This document shows, piece by piece, positions 19,401 to 28,315 of a stretch of DNA of 64,000 nt. This DNA comes from Spirochaetia bacterium (GTDB lineage Bacteria; Spirochaetota; Spirochaetia; SZUA-6; Bin103). Position 1 is the first letter of the stretch, and each line of letters starts with the position of its first letter. A model generated the notes under the pieces. That model searched no databases, was not told the DNA's origin, and saw only the letters and a program-made list of their open reading frames with translations. The stretch lies in contig OZ241863.1 of assembly GCA_965203055.1 (NCBI GenBank), forward strand, positions 4,320,001-4,384,000, given 5' to 3'. The translations under genes and the position numbers were made by a program.

Positions 19401-19625
19401 AGCAACCTGGACGCCGCTATCGAGGCGCTGGGGATGGTGGCCGCCGGGGGGCGGATGGTGGTGCTGATCTCGCATGTGCAGGCGGTGGCCGAGCAGGTGC
19501 CCAACGTGGCGGCGGTCACCCGTACCGCGGCCGGCAGCCGCATCGAGTGGCTGTCCGCGGCCCAACGCGGCCGGCTGGGCGAAGCCGACGCCGGCGCCGC
19601 CGCGCTGAGCGGACTCCTGGAATGA
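16488..19625 (+). CDS. sbcC: SbcC/Rad50-family SMC-like ATPase
   Basis: GDTGAGKSS, LPQGRF Q-loop, long Ala-rich coiled coils, zinc hook CPIC, LSGGE, FLDEGFGSLD, ISH. Confidence 0.93.
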   Translation: MRPLEVTIEGLRSFRTAVTLDLRGRDQIAIVGDTGAGKSSIIEAITYALYGQATFTGQNRELMNDSATTLRVALRFRAADAEWEVVRTLRRRSGGAVGAQSARLVRFDAAGEALEIVEQARPVKDRVESLLGLNRDAFLRTTVLPQGRFAQLLVEDDPRLRAAILRQVWRTDELEAAGKAAVDAHRESAEVRARLDQAAKGYPDDPAAHLAELQEQAQRADRAASAADVTERQTTAAYEALQAAAAEQVRVRAAARRLAAFDAAAMTAQLAPLAAAGQELDAREAARRRRQDEVTQQLAEVPGDDDGPAVAQVVAALTTLADLPRLAAEVTAAAEELRGRSVESVESRAAAARSTAAAKGARAAARAHDALRPPLEQARQAAQRRRARLAELHAAAAETAQAAEAAAEELAQCEQARQEVTGQLQAAEAEAAQRSQAANRAQEHLAAARRSDSAAVIAGALHPGDECPICRTALAPDWQAPAAGDLEAAERAAEAAVAAVAGARDAAVALATRRDVAGDALGQAEERAHRAGADAAAARVELAQAAAALDADSAAPVAAAPAAPLPAAEALLAPLEAAVAAADWALAQHAERRDSLAQTAAAEEQAAAVAGQTAANAEQLRGMAEQAAAAALARLRRALAAIPEPYRPPLRLPAAALEFRAPAEGPIEERVAAARQRQDVLAERGQIRERLVATNRELAAEQKALAKRRAAEVEAPLAAMVRSLSAHRDLLARGAVELDQEQDLPDLHAVADPQALARWIDQLAAGTRRLARRAAASAERADAEQERAAATLAQLSRRLAAGGEDLPEEFPAIVRRAQEAAESARFDARSAQEQAAAFAAKADHVAALRKLLGEVEERERALSDLASALKEGAFLKWLTLRRSRSLLVHASRTLEQISNGRFAFVEPAGELDRWQVLDRDSGQPRSPASLSGGEQFIASLALALGMVEMMARSGGRLESLFLDEGFGSLDRSNLDAAIEALGMVAAGGRMVVLISHVQAVAEQVPNVAAVTRTAAGSRIEWLSAAQRGRLGEADAGAAALSGLLE

Positions 19626-22600
19626 CGCCCCGCCGCACCCCGCGCCGCCGGCGCGCCGCGGCGGCACCCGATCCGGCGCTGCCGGGGCAGGCGCTGGCGA
19701 CGCTCCAGGAGCAACTCCTCGACATCAGCAACCGTAACCGCCTGATCAACACTCCGGTAGACAGCCAGCGCGCCAAGCAGATCAAGTTCGTCGACGAGGA
19801 TGCCGACGAGCTGTTTTCGGATCTCTATCGGAACCGCCGCAGGATGTCGTTCAAGCCGGCGGCCGAGGACGCTGACGGCGCTGCTCCAGGTCGCCGTGAT
19901 TTCAGGCTGCGGACCGCCCTTGGCCGGGAGCAGCTTGATAAACGCCTGCTGAGCCTGTACCGCGATGCCCGCTTGATGGAGGAGGAACAGGGCGTAAGCG
20001 TGTTGTTCCTGGGCCTCGGCTTTCTGCGTTGGGTCGAGGCCGCGGCCGAGCGGTACGCGCCGCTCATCCTGCTGCCGGTCGACCTCTCGCGTAGCAGTGC
20101 CGGTGTGCGCTTTACCCTGGAGTTGCGCGACCAGGACCTGGAGCCGAACTTGTCCCTGCGCGGGCGGCTCGAGAACGACTTTCAGATCACGCTCCCGGAC
20201 CTGCCGACGGACGATGATTGGCAGCCGTCCGATTACTTCGGTCGGGTGCAAAAAGCGGTGGCCGCGCAGCGCGAATGGAGAGTAAAGCCCGAAATCCTGA
20301 TCCTGGGCTTCTATTCGTTCGCGAAGTTCGTGATGTGGCGCGACGTGAACGCGATGAACGGCGGGTTGTTCGCCGCCAACCCCGGCCAGGAGCTGATCGG
20401 TAGATTGCTCGGCGACGGCTTCGATCCGGCCGCCGGCGATGAGCAGGTGGAAGAAAACCTCGACCGGCGCTTTCCCGACCCGCGCGAGCTCGGCCACGTA
20501 TTGGATGCGGACGCCAGCCAGACCGAGGTGATCGCCGCCGCCCGCGCCGGCCGCAACTTGGTGGTGCAGGGACCGCCCGGCACCGGCAAGTCGCAGACCA
20601 TCGCCAACATCATCGCGGTCGCCGCGCGCGACGAGAAGACGGTGCTGTTCGTGGCCGAAAAGCGGGCCGCGCTGGACGTGGTGCACGCCCGGCTGCTGGG
20701 GTGCGGACTCGGCTCGCTGTGCCTGGAGTTGCACTCCCGCAAGGCAAATCGCAAGGCGGTGCTGGCGGAGCTCAAACGAACGCTTGACGAAGGGCAGCCG
20801 CACCCGGTGAGCAGTAATGCGTACGACGAGGTTCGGCAGAACCGTGATGAGCTCAACGCGATTTCGGAGCGGCTGCATCGGGTCGATCCGACGACCGGCG
20901 ACACCCCCTTCGGCATCCTCGGAGAGATCGTCAAACTGCGCGGCGCGGGCTGCCCGCTGCCGGACGAGCACTTGCTGCCGGACGCCGACTCCTGGAGCCG
21001 CAAGCAATTTCTGGATCGCTGCGAACGGGTGCGCGGCTTGGCCGAGACCACCGCCAAATTCGGTCCCGAGCAGCAGCATCCGTGGCGCGGTGTCGGCCGG
21101 CGCCTCACGCCGATAGACCACGACCGACTCAGGTGTCGTCTGGAGCATGCTGCCGGCGCGCTGGAGAAGCTGTGCGCGGCCCTCGATGAGGCCGCGACGG
21201 CGACGGGTCAGCGAACCCGGCGCCGCGCCTGCGGCCGCCGCGGCGCGGACGAGGTGGAAAGGAGGCTTGCCGCCTTTGCGAAGATGCCGCCGGAAGTTCC
21301 CGATCTGTTGCAATCGGCTGCCTTCCGGGGGTGTTTCAGTCAGGCCGCCGAGCTCGCTGCGCAGGCCGCCAAGCTGAGCAGCGACTGCGACCAGTTGCTG
21401 AAACGCGTTTACCCCGAAGCGCTCGACCACGACTGGGCTGCGGCGCAAGCCGCCTTGGCCGACCACGGGAGATCCCTGTTGCGCTGGTTCAACCGCGCCT
21501 ACCGGAACGCCGTCGACGAGCTGCGGTCCGCCCACCGCCGCGACAAGCTGCCGCGCGCCCACCGCGATCGCTTGGCCCGGGTCGATGAGCTGCTGGGAGT
21601 TCAGCACCTGCGGCGTGAATTGCAGCAGCAGAACGGGTTCGGAAGCGACGCTTTCGGCCGCCACTGGGGCGGCGAGCACAGCGACGGCCGAACGCTGGCC
21701 GCCGCGACCGACTGGATAAAGGCGCATGCGGTCGCTTCGGGGCTGCGGCGCAGGCCGCCGACGCGTCGGGACATCGAAGCCTTGCAGCAGCGGGTCGAGC
21801 AGATCCCGACACTGCGCAGCCTGCGGTCGCGTCTGCAGTGGCGGGATGAGGAGTGGACGGATGCTTGGCACGAGGTGGCCCGGACCCTCGAGTTGTCAGT
21901 GAGCGACGCCTTTGGCCACCGGAAAATCGCAGCGGTGCGGCTGGCAACGGTGCGCGCGCGGCTGGCGAAGTGGCTCAATGGGCAGGAGACGCTGGCTGAC
22001 TGGAGCCTGCTGGCCGCGGCCGCGAAGGCGTGTTCCGAGCTCGGTCTCGACGGACTGCGCGCGCGGCTCGGTGACGGCCGCCTTGGGCCGGCGGATGCGG
22101 TGAGTGTGTTCCGGTACGCGCGCGCCGAGGCGGTATGGCGCCGGCTGGCCGCGGAAGCCCCGCTGCTGGCGGCGCTCGACGGCGCCAAGCGCACCGCCAA
22201 CGTCGAGGTGTTTCGCCGCGCAGAGGAGCAGATCCGCCACTTGGCCGCCCAAGAGGTGGCGCGGGTGCACCACAAAGCGCTGCCGAAAGGACCCGCAGGG
22301 CAAATCGGTATCGTCAGGGGCGAGATACGCAGACAACGCCGTCACTTGGCGCTGCGCAAGCTGCTCGACCTAGCCGGCGAGGCGGTCATCAGGATCAAGC
22401 CGATCTTCCTGATGAGTCCGCTCTCGGTGGCTCAGTTTCTCCGCCCAGGCGGCCTGACCTTCGACATCCTGGTGATCGATGAGGCCAGTCAGGTGCGCCC
22501 GGCCGATGCGCTGGGCGCCATTGCGCGCGCGCGGCAGATCATCGTGGTCGGCGACGACAAACAGCTTCCGCCTACCTCGTTTTTCGACCGTCAGTTGGAG

Positions 22601-24349
22601 GGATTCGACCGTCAGGAGGGAGTGGACGATGATGAGCAAGAGATCCAGGCGGCGCAGGTGAAGGACATGGAGAGCATTCTCACATTGTGCGAGGCCCGCT
22701 CGGTGCCGGCCGCCCCCCTGCGCTGGCACTACCGTTCGCACCATCCTTCGTTGATCAAGGTCTCCAATGACGCGTTCTACGGCAACCTGATCTACCCGCC
22801 GAGCCCCGACCCTGCGGGTGAAAGGGGTCTCACGTTCACCAAGGTGGAAGGCGGCGTGTACGACCGCGGACGCACGCGGAGCAATCCGCGCGAGGCGCAG
22901 AAGGTGGCGCGCGCCGTCCTATGTCATGCGCGGTCCCGGCCACGCGAGACGTTGGGAGTGGCAACCTTCTCGGTGCCGCAGCGCGATGCGATCCTCAACG
23001 AGCTGGAGCCGATGCGGGCGAAGTACCCGGAACTGGAGACGTTCTGTCGCGAGGAGGGCGCCGCCGATGGGCATGAGCCGTTCTTCGTCAAGAATCTGGA
23101 GAACGTCCAGGGCGACGAACGCGATGTGATCTTCATCTCGGTCGGCTACGGGCGCAATGCGCGGGGCAGTCTGGCGCAGGACTTCGGTCCGGTCTCGCAA
23201 GCCGGCGGCGAACGGCGGCTCAACGTCCTGTTTACGCGCGCGCGGCGGCACTGCCGGGTGTTTGCGTCGATCACATACCGCGACATCGGACGTTCCAAGA
23301 GAGGTTCCAGTAGGGGCCCGTGGGTGCTCAAGCGGTTCCTCAAGTTCGCCGAGACCGACGAAATGACGCTGCGGGAGACGGCCAGACTGGAGCCGGACAG
23401 CCCCTTCGAGGAGGCAGTGGCGGAAGCCCTGCGGCAGGCCGGTCACACGGTCGATCCGCAGGTTGGCACGGCCGACTTCCGCATCGACTTGGCGGTGCGC
23501 GATCCGGCGGCGCCGGGACGCTACCTGCTCGGCGTCGAGTGCGACGGCGCCCGCTACCACTCGTCACGCTGGGCGCGCGAGCGGGACCGGCTGCGACAGA
23601 GCGTGTTGGAGCAGAAGGGATGGACCATGCACCGCATCTGGAGCACCGACTGGTTCCAGCGCCCGGACGCGGAACTGCAGCGGCTGCTGCAGGCCGTGGC
23701 CGCGGCGCAGGAGAGGCGCGAGGTTAGACCGCGGCAGGAGCGCAGCGCGGCTGACCGACAGATCGTTATCGATCGCGACCCGCCGGTCACGAATAATGAA
23801 TCTCTGCCTCCGGCGGTCCCCTACCGGGAGGCCGATTTCGAAATCACCGAGCGTGAGGAGTATCACCTGCGTGATGCGCCGCTGGAGTTGGTCGCCGACT
23901 ACGTGGTGAAGGTGGTGCGCTGTGAAGCGCCGGTGCACGTCGACGAGGTGGCGCGCCGGCTCCGCCGGCTCTGGGGACACGCCAGCACCGGCCTGCGGAT
24001 CCAGGAGCGGGTGCGTGACGCCGTGGGTTATGCCGTGGAGCAAGGTTGGATCGCGTGCGACGGCAGCTTCCTGCGCGGCGCGCGCCGCGCTCGCCAGAAG
24101 CCGGTGGTTCGTGACCGCAGCGCGGTGCAGTCGCGGACCTTGCGCAAACCCGCGCTACTGCCGCCGGTGGAAGTGGAGTGGGCGATCCAGCAGGTGGTCG
24201 AGCAGAACGTGGCGCTGTCGGCCGAGGAATGCGCGGTGCAGGTGGCGCGACGGTTCGGCTTCCGGTCGACCAGCGCGGAACTGCGCCGCGTGGTGGACGC
24301 CGCCGTCGACCGCCTCGTGGCGCAGGGGAGTCTGAAGTTCACTGACTGA
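19622..24349 (+). CDS. DUF4011 - SF1 (Upf1/Dna2-like) helicase - Vsr-like endonuclease - DUF3320-like protein (Hhe-type defence protein)
   Basis: LLDISNRNRLIN (DUF4011), QGPPGTGKS, IDEASQ, VGDDKQLPP, HYRS, ENVQGDERD, RLNVLFTRAR, SPFE..RIDLAV..GVECDG..YH..RDRLRQ..GW..RIWSTDW. ATG overlaps the sbcC stop (ATGA). Confidence 0.9.
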   Translation: MTPRRTPRRRRAAAAPDPALPGQALATLQEQLLDISNRNRLINTPVDSQRAKQIKFVDEDADELFSDLYRNRRRMSFKPAAEDADGAAPGRRDFRLRTALGREQLDKRLLSLYRDARLMEEEQGVSVLFLGLGFLRWVEAAAERYAPLILLPVDLSRSSAGVRFTLELRDQDLEPNLSLRGRLENDFQITLPDLPTDDDWQPSDYFGRVQKAVAAQREWRVKPEILILGFYSFAKFVMWRDVNAMNGGLFAANPGQELIGRLLGDGFDPAAGDEQVEENLDRRFPDPRELGHVLDADASQTEVIAAARAGRNLVVQGPPGTGKSQTIANIIAVAARDEKTVLFVAEKRAALDVVHARLLGCGLGSLCLELHSRKANRKAVLAELKRTLDEGQPHPVSSNAYDEVRQNRDELNAISERLHRVDPTTGDTPFGILGEIVKLRGAGCPLPDEHLLPDADSWSRKQFLDRCERVRGLAETTAKFGPEQQHPWRGVGRRLTPIDHDRLRCRLEHAAGALEKLCAALDEAATATGQRTRRRACGRRGADEVERRLAAFAKMPPEVPDLLQSAAFRGCFSQAAELAAQAAKLSSDCDQLLKRVYPEALDHDWAAAQAALADHGRSLLRWFNRAYRNAVDELRSAHRRDKLPRAHRDRLARVDELLGVQHLRRELQQQNGFGSDAFGRHWGGEHSDGRTLAAATDWIKAHAVASGLRRRPPTRRDIEALQQRVEQIPTLRSLRSRLQWRDEEWTDAWHEVARTLELSVSDAFGHRKIAAVRLATVRARLAKWLNGQETLADWSLLAAAAKACSELGLDGLRARLGDGRLGPADAVSVFRYARAEAVWRRLAAEAPLLAALDGAKRTANVEVFRRAEEQIRHLAAQEVARVHHKALPKGPAGQIGIVRGEIRRQRRHLALRKLLDLAGEAVIRIKPIFLMSPLSVAQFLRPGGLTFDILVIDEASQVRPADALGAIARARQIIVVGDDKQLPPTSFFDRQLEGFDRQEGVDDDEQEIQAAQVKDMESILTLCEARSVPAAPLRWHYRSHHPSLIKVSNDAFYGNLIYPPSPDPAGERGLTFTKVEGGVYDRGRTRSNPREAQKVARAVLCHARSRPRETLGVATFSVPQRDAILNELEPMRAKYPELETFCREEGAADGHEPFFVKNLENVQGDERDVIFISVGYGRNARGSLAQDFGPVSQAGGERRLNVLFTRARRHCRVFASITYRDIGRSKRGSSRGPWVLKRFLKFAETDEMTLRETARLEPDSPFEEAVAEALRQAGHTVDPQVGTADFRIDLAVRDPAAPGRYLLGVECDGARYHSSRWARERDRLRQSVLEQKGWTMHRIWSTDWFQRPDAELQRLLQAVAAAQERREVRPRQERSAADRQIVIDRDPPVTNNESLPPAVPYREADFEITEREEYHLRDAPLELVADYVVKVVRCEAPVHVDEVARRLRRLWGHASTGLRIQERVRDAVGYAVEQGWIACDGSFLRGARRARQKPVVRDRSAVQSRTLRKPALLPPVEVEWAIQQVVEQNVALSAEECAVQVARRFGFRSTSAELRRVVDAAVDRLVAQGSLKFTD

Positions 24350-24350
24350 G

Positions 24351-25220
24351 CTACCCCTTGACGGCGCCGGCGGTGAGGCCGCGGATGATGCGTTCGTGGA
24401 GCAGGACGTAGACCAGGATCGAGGGGATGATCGCCAGGGTGATGGCGGCGAACATCGAGGTGTAGTCGGTGAAGAACTGGCTCACGAAGAAGCGGATGCC
24501 GAGCTGCAGGGTGCGCGCCGCTACCGAGCTGGTGAGCAGCAGGGCGTAGATGAACTCGTTCCAGGAGAACAGAAACACGAAGGTGCCGGCGGTCACCAAG
24601 CCCACCTGGGACAGCGGCACCATGACGCGCGCGTAGCGCCCGCCGAAGCCGCAGCCGTCGATCACGGCCGCCTCCTCCAGCTCGCGCGGCACCCCGCGCA
24701 TGAAGCCGTGCAGCAGGAACACCGACACCGGCACGTTGATGGCGGCGTAGGTCAGCGCCAGGCCGAACAGCGAATCGTACAGGCCGGTGACCGTGATCAG
24801 GCGGAAATAGGGCACCATCAGGGCGATTACCGGCACCAGCACCCCGGCCACGATCAGGTTCAGCACCAGCTCGCGGCCGCGGAACCACTCCCGCGCCAGG
24901 ACGAACGCCGCCATCGAGCAGAACGCCAGGTTCAGCGCCATGGAGAGCGACGCCACGATCAGCGAGTTCACGAACAGGCGCGGCAGCCCCGCCACCCGGA
25001 CGGCGTTCACGTAGTTGCCGAATTGCCACGCCGCAGGCAGCGAGAAGGCGCTGGTGAGCAGCTCCAGGTTGGTCTTGAAGGAGGAGATCACCAGCCACAG
25101 CAACGGCAGGAAGGTGATTGCCAGAAACAGCGCCAGCACGCCCCACTTGGCGGCGCGCGCCAGCCACTGCCGCGGGGTGACCGGTCCGCCGCCGGCGACC
25201 GCGGACGCCGCGCCGCGCAC
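24351..25220 (-). CDS. Carbohydrate ABC transporter permease (MalG-like)
   Basis: ELEEAAVIDG EAA motif, WNEF, GLTAGAVKG C-terminus. Confidence 0.93.
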   Translation of the reverse strand: MRGAASAVAGGGPVTPRQWLARAAKWGVLALFLAITFLPLLWLVISSFKTNLELLTSAFSLPAAWQFGNYVNAVRVAGLPRLFVNSLIVASLSMALNLAFCSMAAFVLAREWFRGRELVLNLIVAGVLVPVIALMVPYFRLITVTGLYDSLFGLALTYAAINVPVSVFLLHGFMRGVPRELEEAAVIDGCGFGGRYARVMVPLSQVGLVTAGTFVFLFSWNEFIYALLLTSSVAARTLQLGIRFFVSQFFTDYTSMFAAITLAIIPSILVYVLLHERIIRGLTAGAVKG

Positions 25221-26104
25221 TACTGGCGTTCCTCCGCGGCGGCGTCGTCACGCGCCAGCCGCCGCACCGTCACGATCAGCAACGTGCCGATGACGATCAG
25301 GGTCACGGCGACGGCATTGGCGCGCCCGTAGTTGAGCGCGGACACGGTCTTGTACAGCATGATGCCCAGCACCGAGGTTGAGTTGGCCGGTCCGCCGTTG
25401 GTCATGAGGAAAGTGGCCTCGAAGTGGCGCAGGCCGAACGCCATCGCCAGGGTCACCGCGGTAATCATGATCGGGCGGATGATGGGCAGGGTGATGTGGC
25501 GTTCCTGCTGCCACACGTTGGCGCCGTCGATCTCGGCCGCCTCGTAGAACGTCTCCGAGATAGACAGCGTGGCGGCCAGGATGATGATCATGAAGTAGCC
25601 GATGTAGAGCAGTTGTTGCAGGATGATGGCCGGCAGCGCGGAGTCGATCTCGCCCAGCCAGTTGCGCGCGTACGCGCCCCACCCCACCAGCTCGAGCGCC
25701 GCGTTGAGGATGCCGTATTCGGCGTTGTAGATCGCCAGCCACATCATCGCCAACGCCACCTGCGAGATGACGTTGGGCAGGAAGTAGATGGTGCGCAGCA
25801 GCCGCCAGCCGGCCGGGCGGCGCGCCAGGATCAGCGCTACCAGGACCGCCAAACCGATCTGCCCCAGGCCCAGGGAGAGCGCCCAGATCAGGTTGTTGCG
25901 CACCGACAGCCGGAACACGGAGCGCTGCAGCAACTCCAGGTAGTTCTCCAGGCCGACGAACCGCATCGCCGTCACGCCGTTCCAGTCCACCAGGCTGACC
26001 GTGAACACGTAGCCCAGGGGGTAGAGGAAGAACAGCGCGTAGAGCACGGCCACCGGGGTCAGGAACAGGATGATCCCGCCCCAGTGGCTGCGATTGCCGC
26101 CCAT
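25220..26104 (-). CDS. Carbohydrate ABC transporter permease (MalF-like)
   Basis: FVGLENY, YEAAEIDGA, MTNGGP. Confidence 0.93.
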   Translation of the reverse strand: MGGNRSHWGGIILFLTPVAVLYALFFLYPLGYVFTVSLVDWNGVTAMRFVGLENYLELLQRSVFRLSVRNNLIWALSLGLGQIGLAVLVALILARRPAGWRLLRTIYFLPNVISQVALAMMWLAIYNAEYGILNAALELVGWGAYARNWLGEIDSALPAIILQQLLYIGYFMIIILAATLSISETFYEAAEIDGANVWQQERHITLPIIRPIMITAVTLAMAFGLRHFEATFLMTNGGPANSTSVLGIMLYKTVSALNYGRANAVAVTLIVIGTLLIVTVRRLARDDAAAEERQ

Positions 26105-26138
26105 GGATCAGCGGCAGGTCAACTGCGCATTGGTTCGC

Positions 26139-27410
26139 TTACTCGCCGGCCTCGATCAACATCCGCACGAAGTCCGCCGGCGAGGCTCCGCCCACTACCA
26201 TGGCGCCGATCGCCTGGCCGATCTCCAGGATCACCTCGGAGGGGTAGTGCACGAAGATCGGCGTTCCGACGAAGGAAGCGTTGCCGACGATGCGCACGAA
26301 CTCCTGCAGCAACGGATCGAGATCGTCGCCCAACTCGTACTTGATGGCGAACATGGAACCCGCTTCCTCGGTGATCATCTGCACGTTGGCCGGCGCGGTG
26401 AGCCACTGCATGAACTTCACCACCGCGTCCCGCCGGTGCGGATCGTCGGTGTTGGCGGCGGCCAGGTTGGAGAGCGGGAAGCCAAGGGTAAAGCCGTGGT
26501 GGTCGCCCGCCTGGGGCGCGTAGGCGAGCCTGGTGGCGGCGTGGGTCTCCGGCGCGTCGCGGCGGATGCGGCCAATGTACCAGGGGCCGTTGATGAACAC
26601 CGCGGTGTCCTGCGCCATGTAATGGCCGCCCGAGACGCCGGCGTCGCCGCCAACCGCGTCGGCGGTGGTGTTGCCGTCCTGGTAGAGGCGCAGCAGGATC
26701 GCGGCAGCGTCGGTGAACAGCGGGTCCGACAGCGGGCGTTCCCACACCTCCGGCCCGCCCAGGCTGGTGGCGATGTGCGAATACCACAACATCGAGGTCC
26801 AGGCGTTGGTTCCCCCGGTCATCTGCGAGGTGGGGATGATGCCGGCGGCCTTGAGCTGCTCGGCGGCCGCCCAGAACTGCTCCATGGTCTGCGGGAACTC
26901 GGCGACGCCGGCGCGCTCGAACAGCGCCGTGTTGTACCAGATCGGCACCACCCCGATCTCGAACGGCACACTTTTGGCGCGGCCGTCGCGGGTCGCGCCC
27001 GCCACCGCTCCCGCCACGTAGGTATCGCCCCAGGGGCCGGCCAGATCGTCGGTGAAGTCCAGCAGCAGGTCGCTGGCGTAGTATTGGAACTGCGTCGGGC
27101 CGGGGGAGAACACGAAGACGTCGGGCACTTGCCCCACCGCCATGCCGGTCTGGATCTTGGTGCGGTAGCCGTCGGTGTCGGGGTTGGGTTCGAGGACGAC
27201 CTCGATGCTGCCTTCGTGGTCGGCGTTGAACTGATCGATCAACGCCGCGATCGGGGCGGCCTTGGAGTCCTGCCCCACCCAGAAGGTGGGGAACTGCAGC
27301 TCGGTCACGATAGCGGCGGCCTCGCCGTCGCCCCCGGCAACGGCCAAGGTGGCTGCCCACGGCAGCAGTGCCGCCGCCAGCAGCGATCGGAAACGGGTAG
27401 AACTGGTCAT
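26139..27410 (-). CDS. Carbohydrate ABC transporter substrate-binding protein
   Basis: Signal peptide, PDVF, IWYNTALFE, NGPW, AVVKFMQWL; leads the two permeases. Confidence 0.9.
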   Translation of the reverse strand: MTSSTRFRSLLAAALLPWAATLAVAGGDGEAAAIVTELQFPTFWVGQDSKAAPIAALIDQFNADHEGSIEVVLEPNPDTDGYRTKIQTGMAVGQVPDVFVFSPGPTQFQYYASDLLLDFTDDLAGPWGDTYVAGAVAGATRDGRAKSVPFEIGVVPIWYNTALFERAGVAEFPQTMEQFWAAAEQLKAAGIIPTSQMTGGTNAWTSMLWYSHIATSLGGPEVWERPLSDPLFTDAAAILLRLYQDGNTTADAVGGDAGVSGGHYMAQDTAVFINGPWYIGRIRRDAPETHAATRLAYAPQAGDHHGFTLGFPLSNLAAANTDDPHRRDAVVKFMQWLTAPANVQMITEEAGSMFAIKYELGDDLDPLLQEFVRIVGNASFVGTPIFVHYPSEVILEIGQAIGAMVVGGASPADFVRMLIEAGE

Positions 27411-27416
27411 GCCCAA

Positions 27417-27445
27417 ACCATAACCACGCCGCCCTCCTCCGTCAA
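27417..27445 (-). promoter_or_regulatory. Sigma70-like promoter for the sugar ABC operon (probably leaderless)
   Basis: TTGACG (27445-27440), 17 bp, TATGGT (27422-27417); ATG 6 nt downstream. Confidence 0.65.
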
Positions 27446-27458
27446 TGCCCCGGTCGAG

Positions 27459-28315
27459 TCACGGCTCGTGAGTCTCTTTCAGTACTCGAAAACAGGGGTT
27501 TCGCTCTGCCCACTCCCGGAGATCCCGGCCAAGTTGCGAGTCGGTCAACTCTTGCCACTGGTACGCCAACCGCAAACATCGCCGAAGCTCGTCCGGCGAC
27601 ACGGCCCCGGCATTGTTGGTCCCCAACGCCCTGCGAAGTCCGATACTCAGTATTTCGACCATGTCGGTACCGCAACAGACCAACCACGGATCGTTCACCG
27701 TGCTCCTGATACTGAGAATCTCCTGAACGGTATCATCATACGCCAAGTCCGACCGCTGAGATCGATTCTTCACTTCCCGAACCAGTTCTCGCACATCGGT
27801 CTGTAGCGAATCGCGGTCAACGAATCTCGCGTACCTCATACCATCGAACTTCAGGGTCAATTCGGAACGTCTCGAATGGAGACGCAAACATCCGATGGGA
27901 AGAGCGGCGTCAATCAGTTCTTTCCGTGGGTTCTGGGCTCGGCAGGAAATCTTCTTCCTACTCCCGAACTCAATCAGCACGCTTTCAAGCGCAGTCGACT
28001 TGATAAGCAAGGCTTCCAAGTCATACGTCTCGATGAACATGAGGTTGCTGCTCTGCCACGAGTAGCCCGCTACGTGGTCCAAGTCCGCGTCGATCACTCC
28101 GACGAAGCCGGAGAAGTTGTCGTCTGCGTCGAGTATCTCGATAACGTCGATAACGTTGGTTTTCCGCCTGCCACTTGGACTGCGCAGTAGCTGCGATTGA
28201 CGAACCGTTCGAAGAACAGGCGGTCGTCGCGCCCCTCGACGATCAGAAAGCATCCTGCGTAGTGAGATCGCTTCATTCGTATCGAGTTAGCTATAGCGTC
28301 CGGGCCGCGTGTCAC
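27459..28315 (-). pseudogene. DUF4435 (TOPRIM-like, PARIS AriB-like) gene, frameshifted at A4 run 28160-28163
   Basis: N-part LIVEGRDD...GGK joins the C-part TNVI...GVIDADLD...YDLE if one A is added. GTG start overlaps the ATPase stop (GTGA). Confidence 0.75.
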
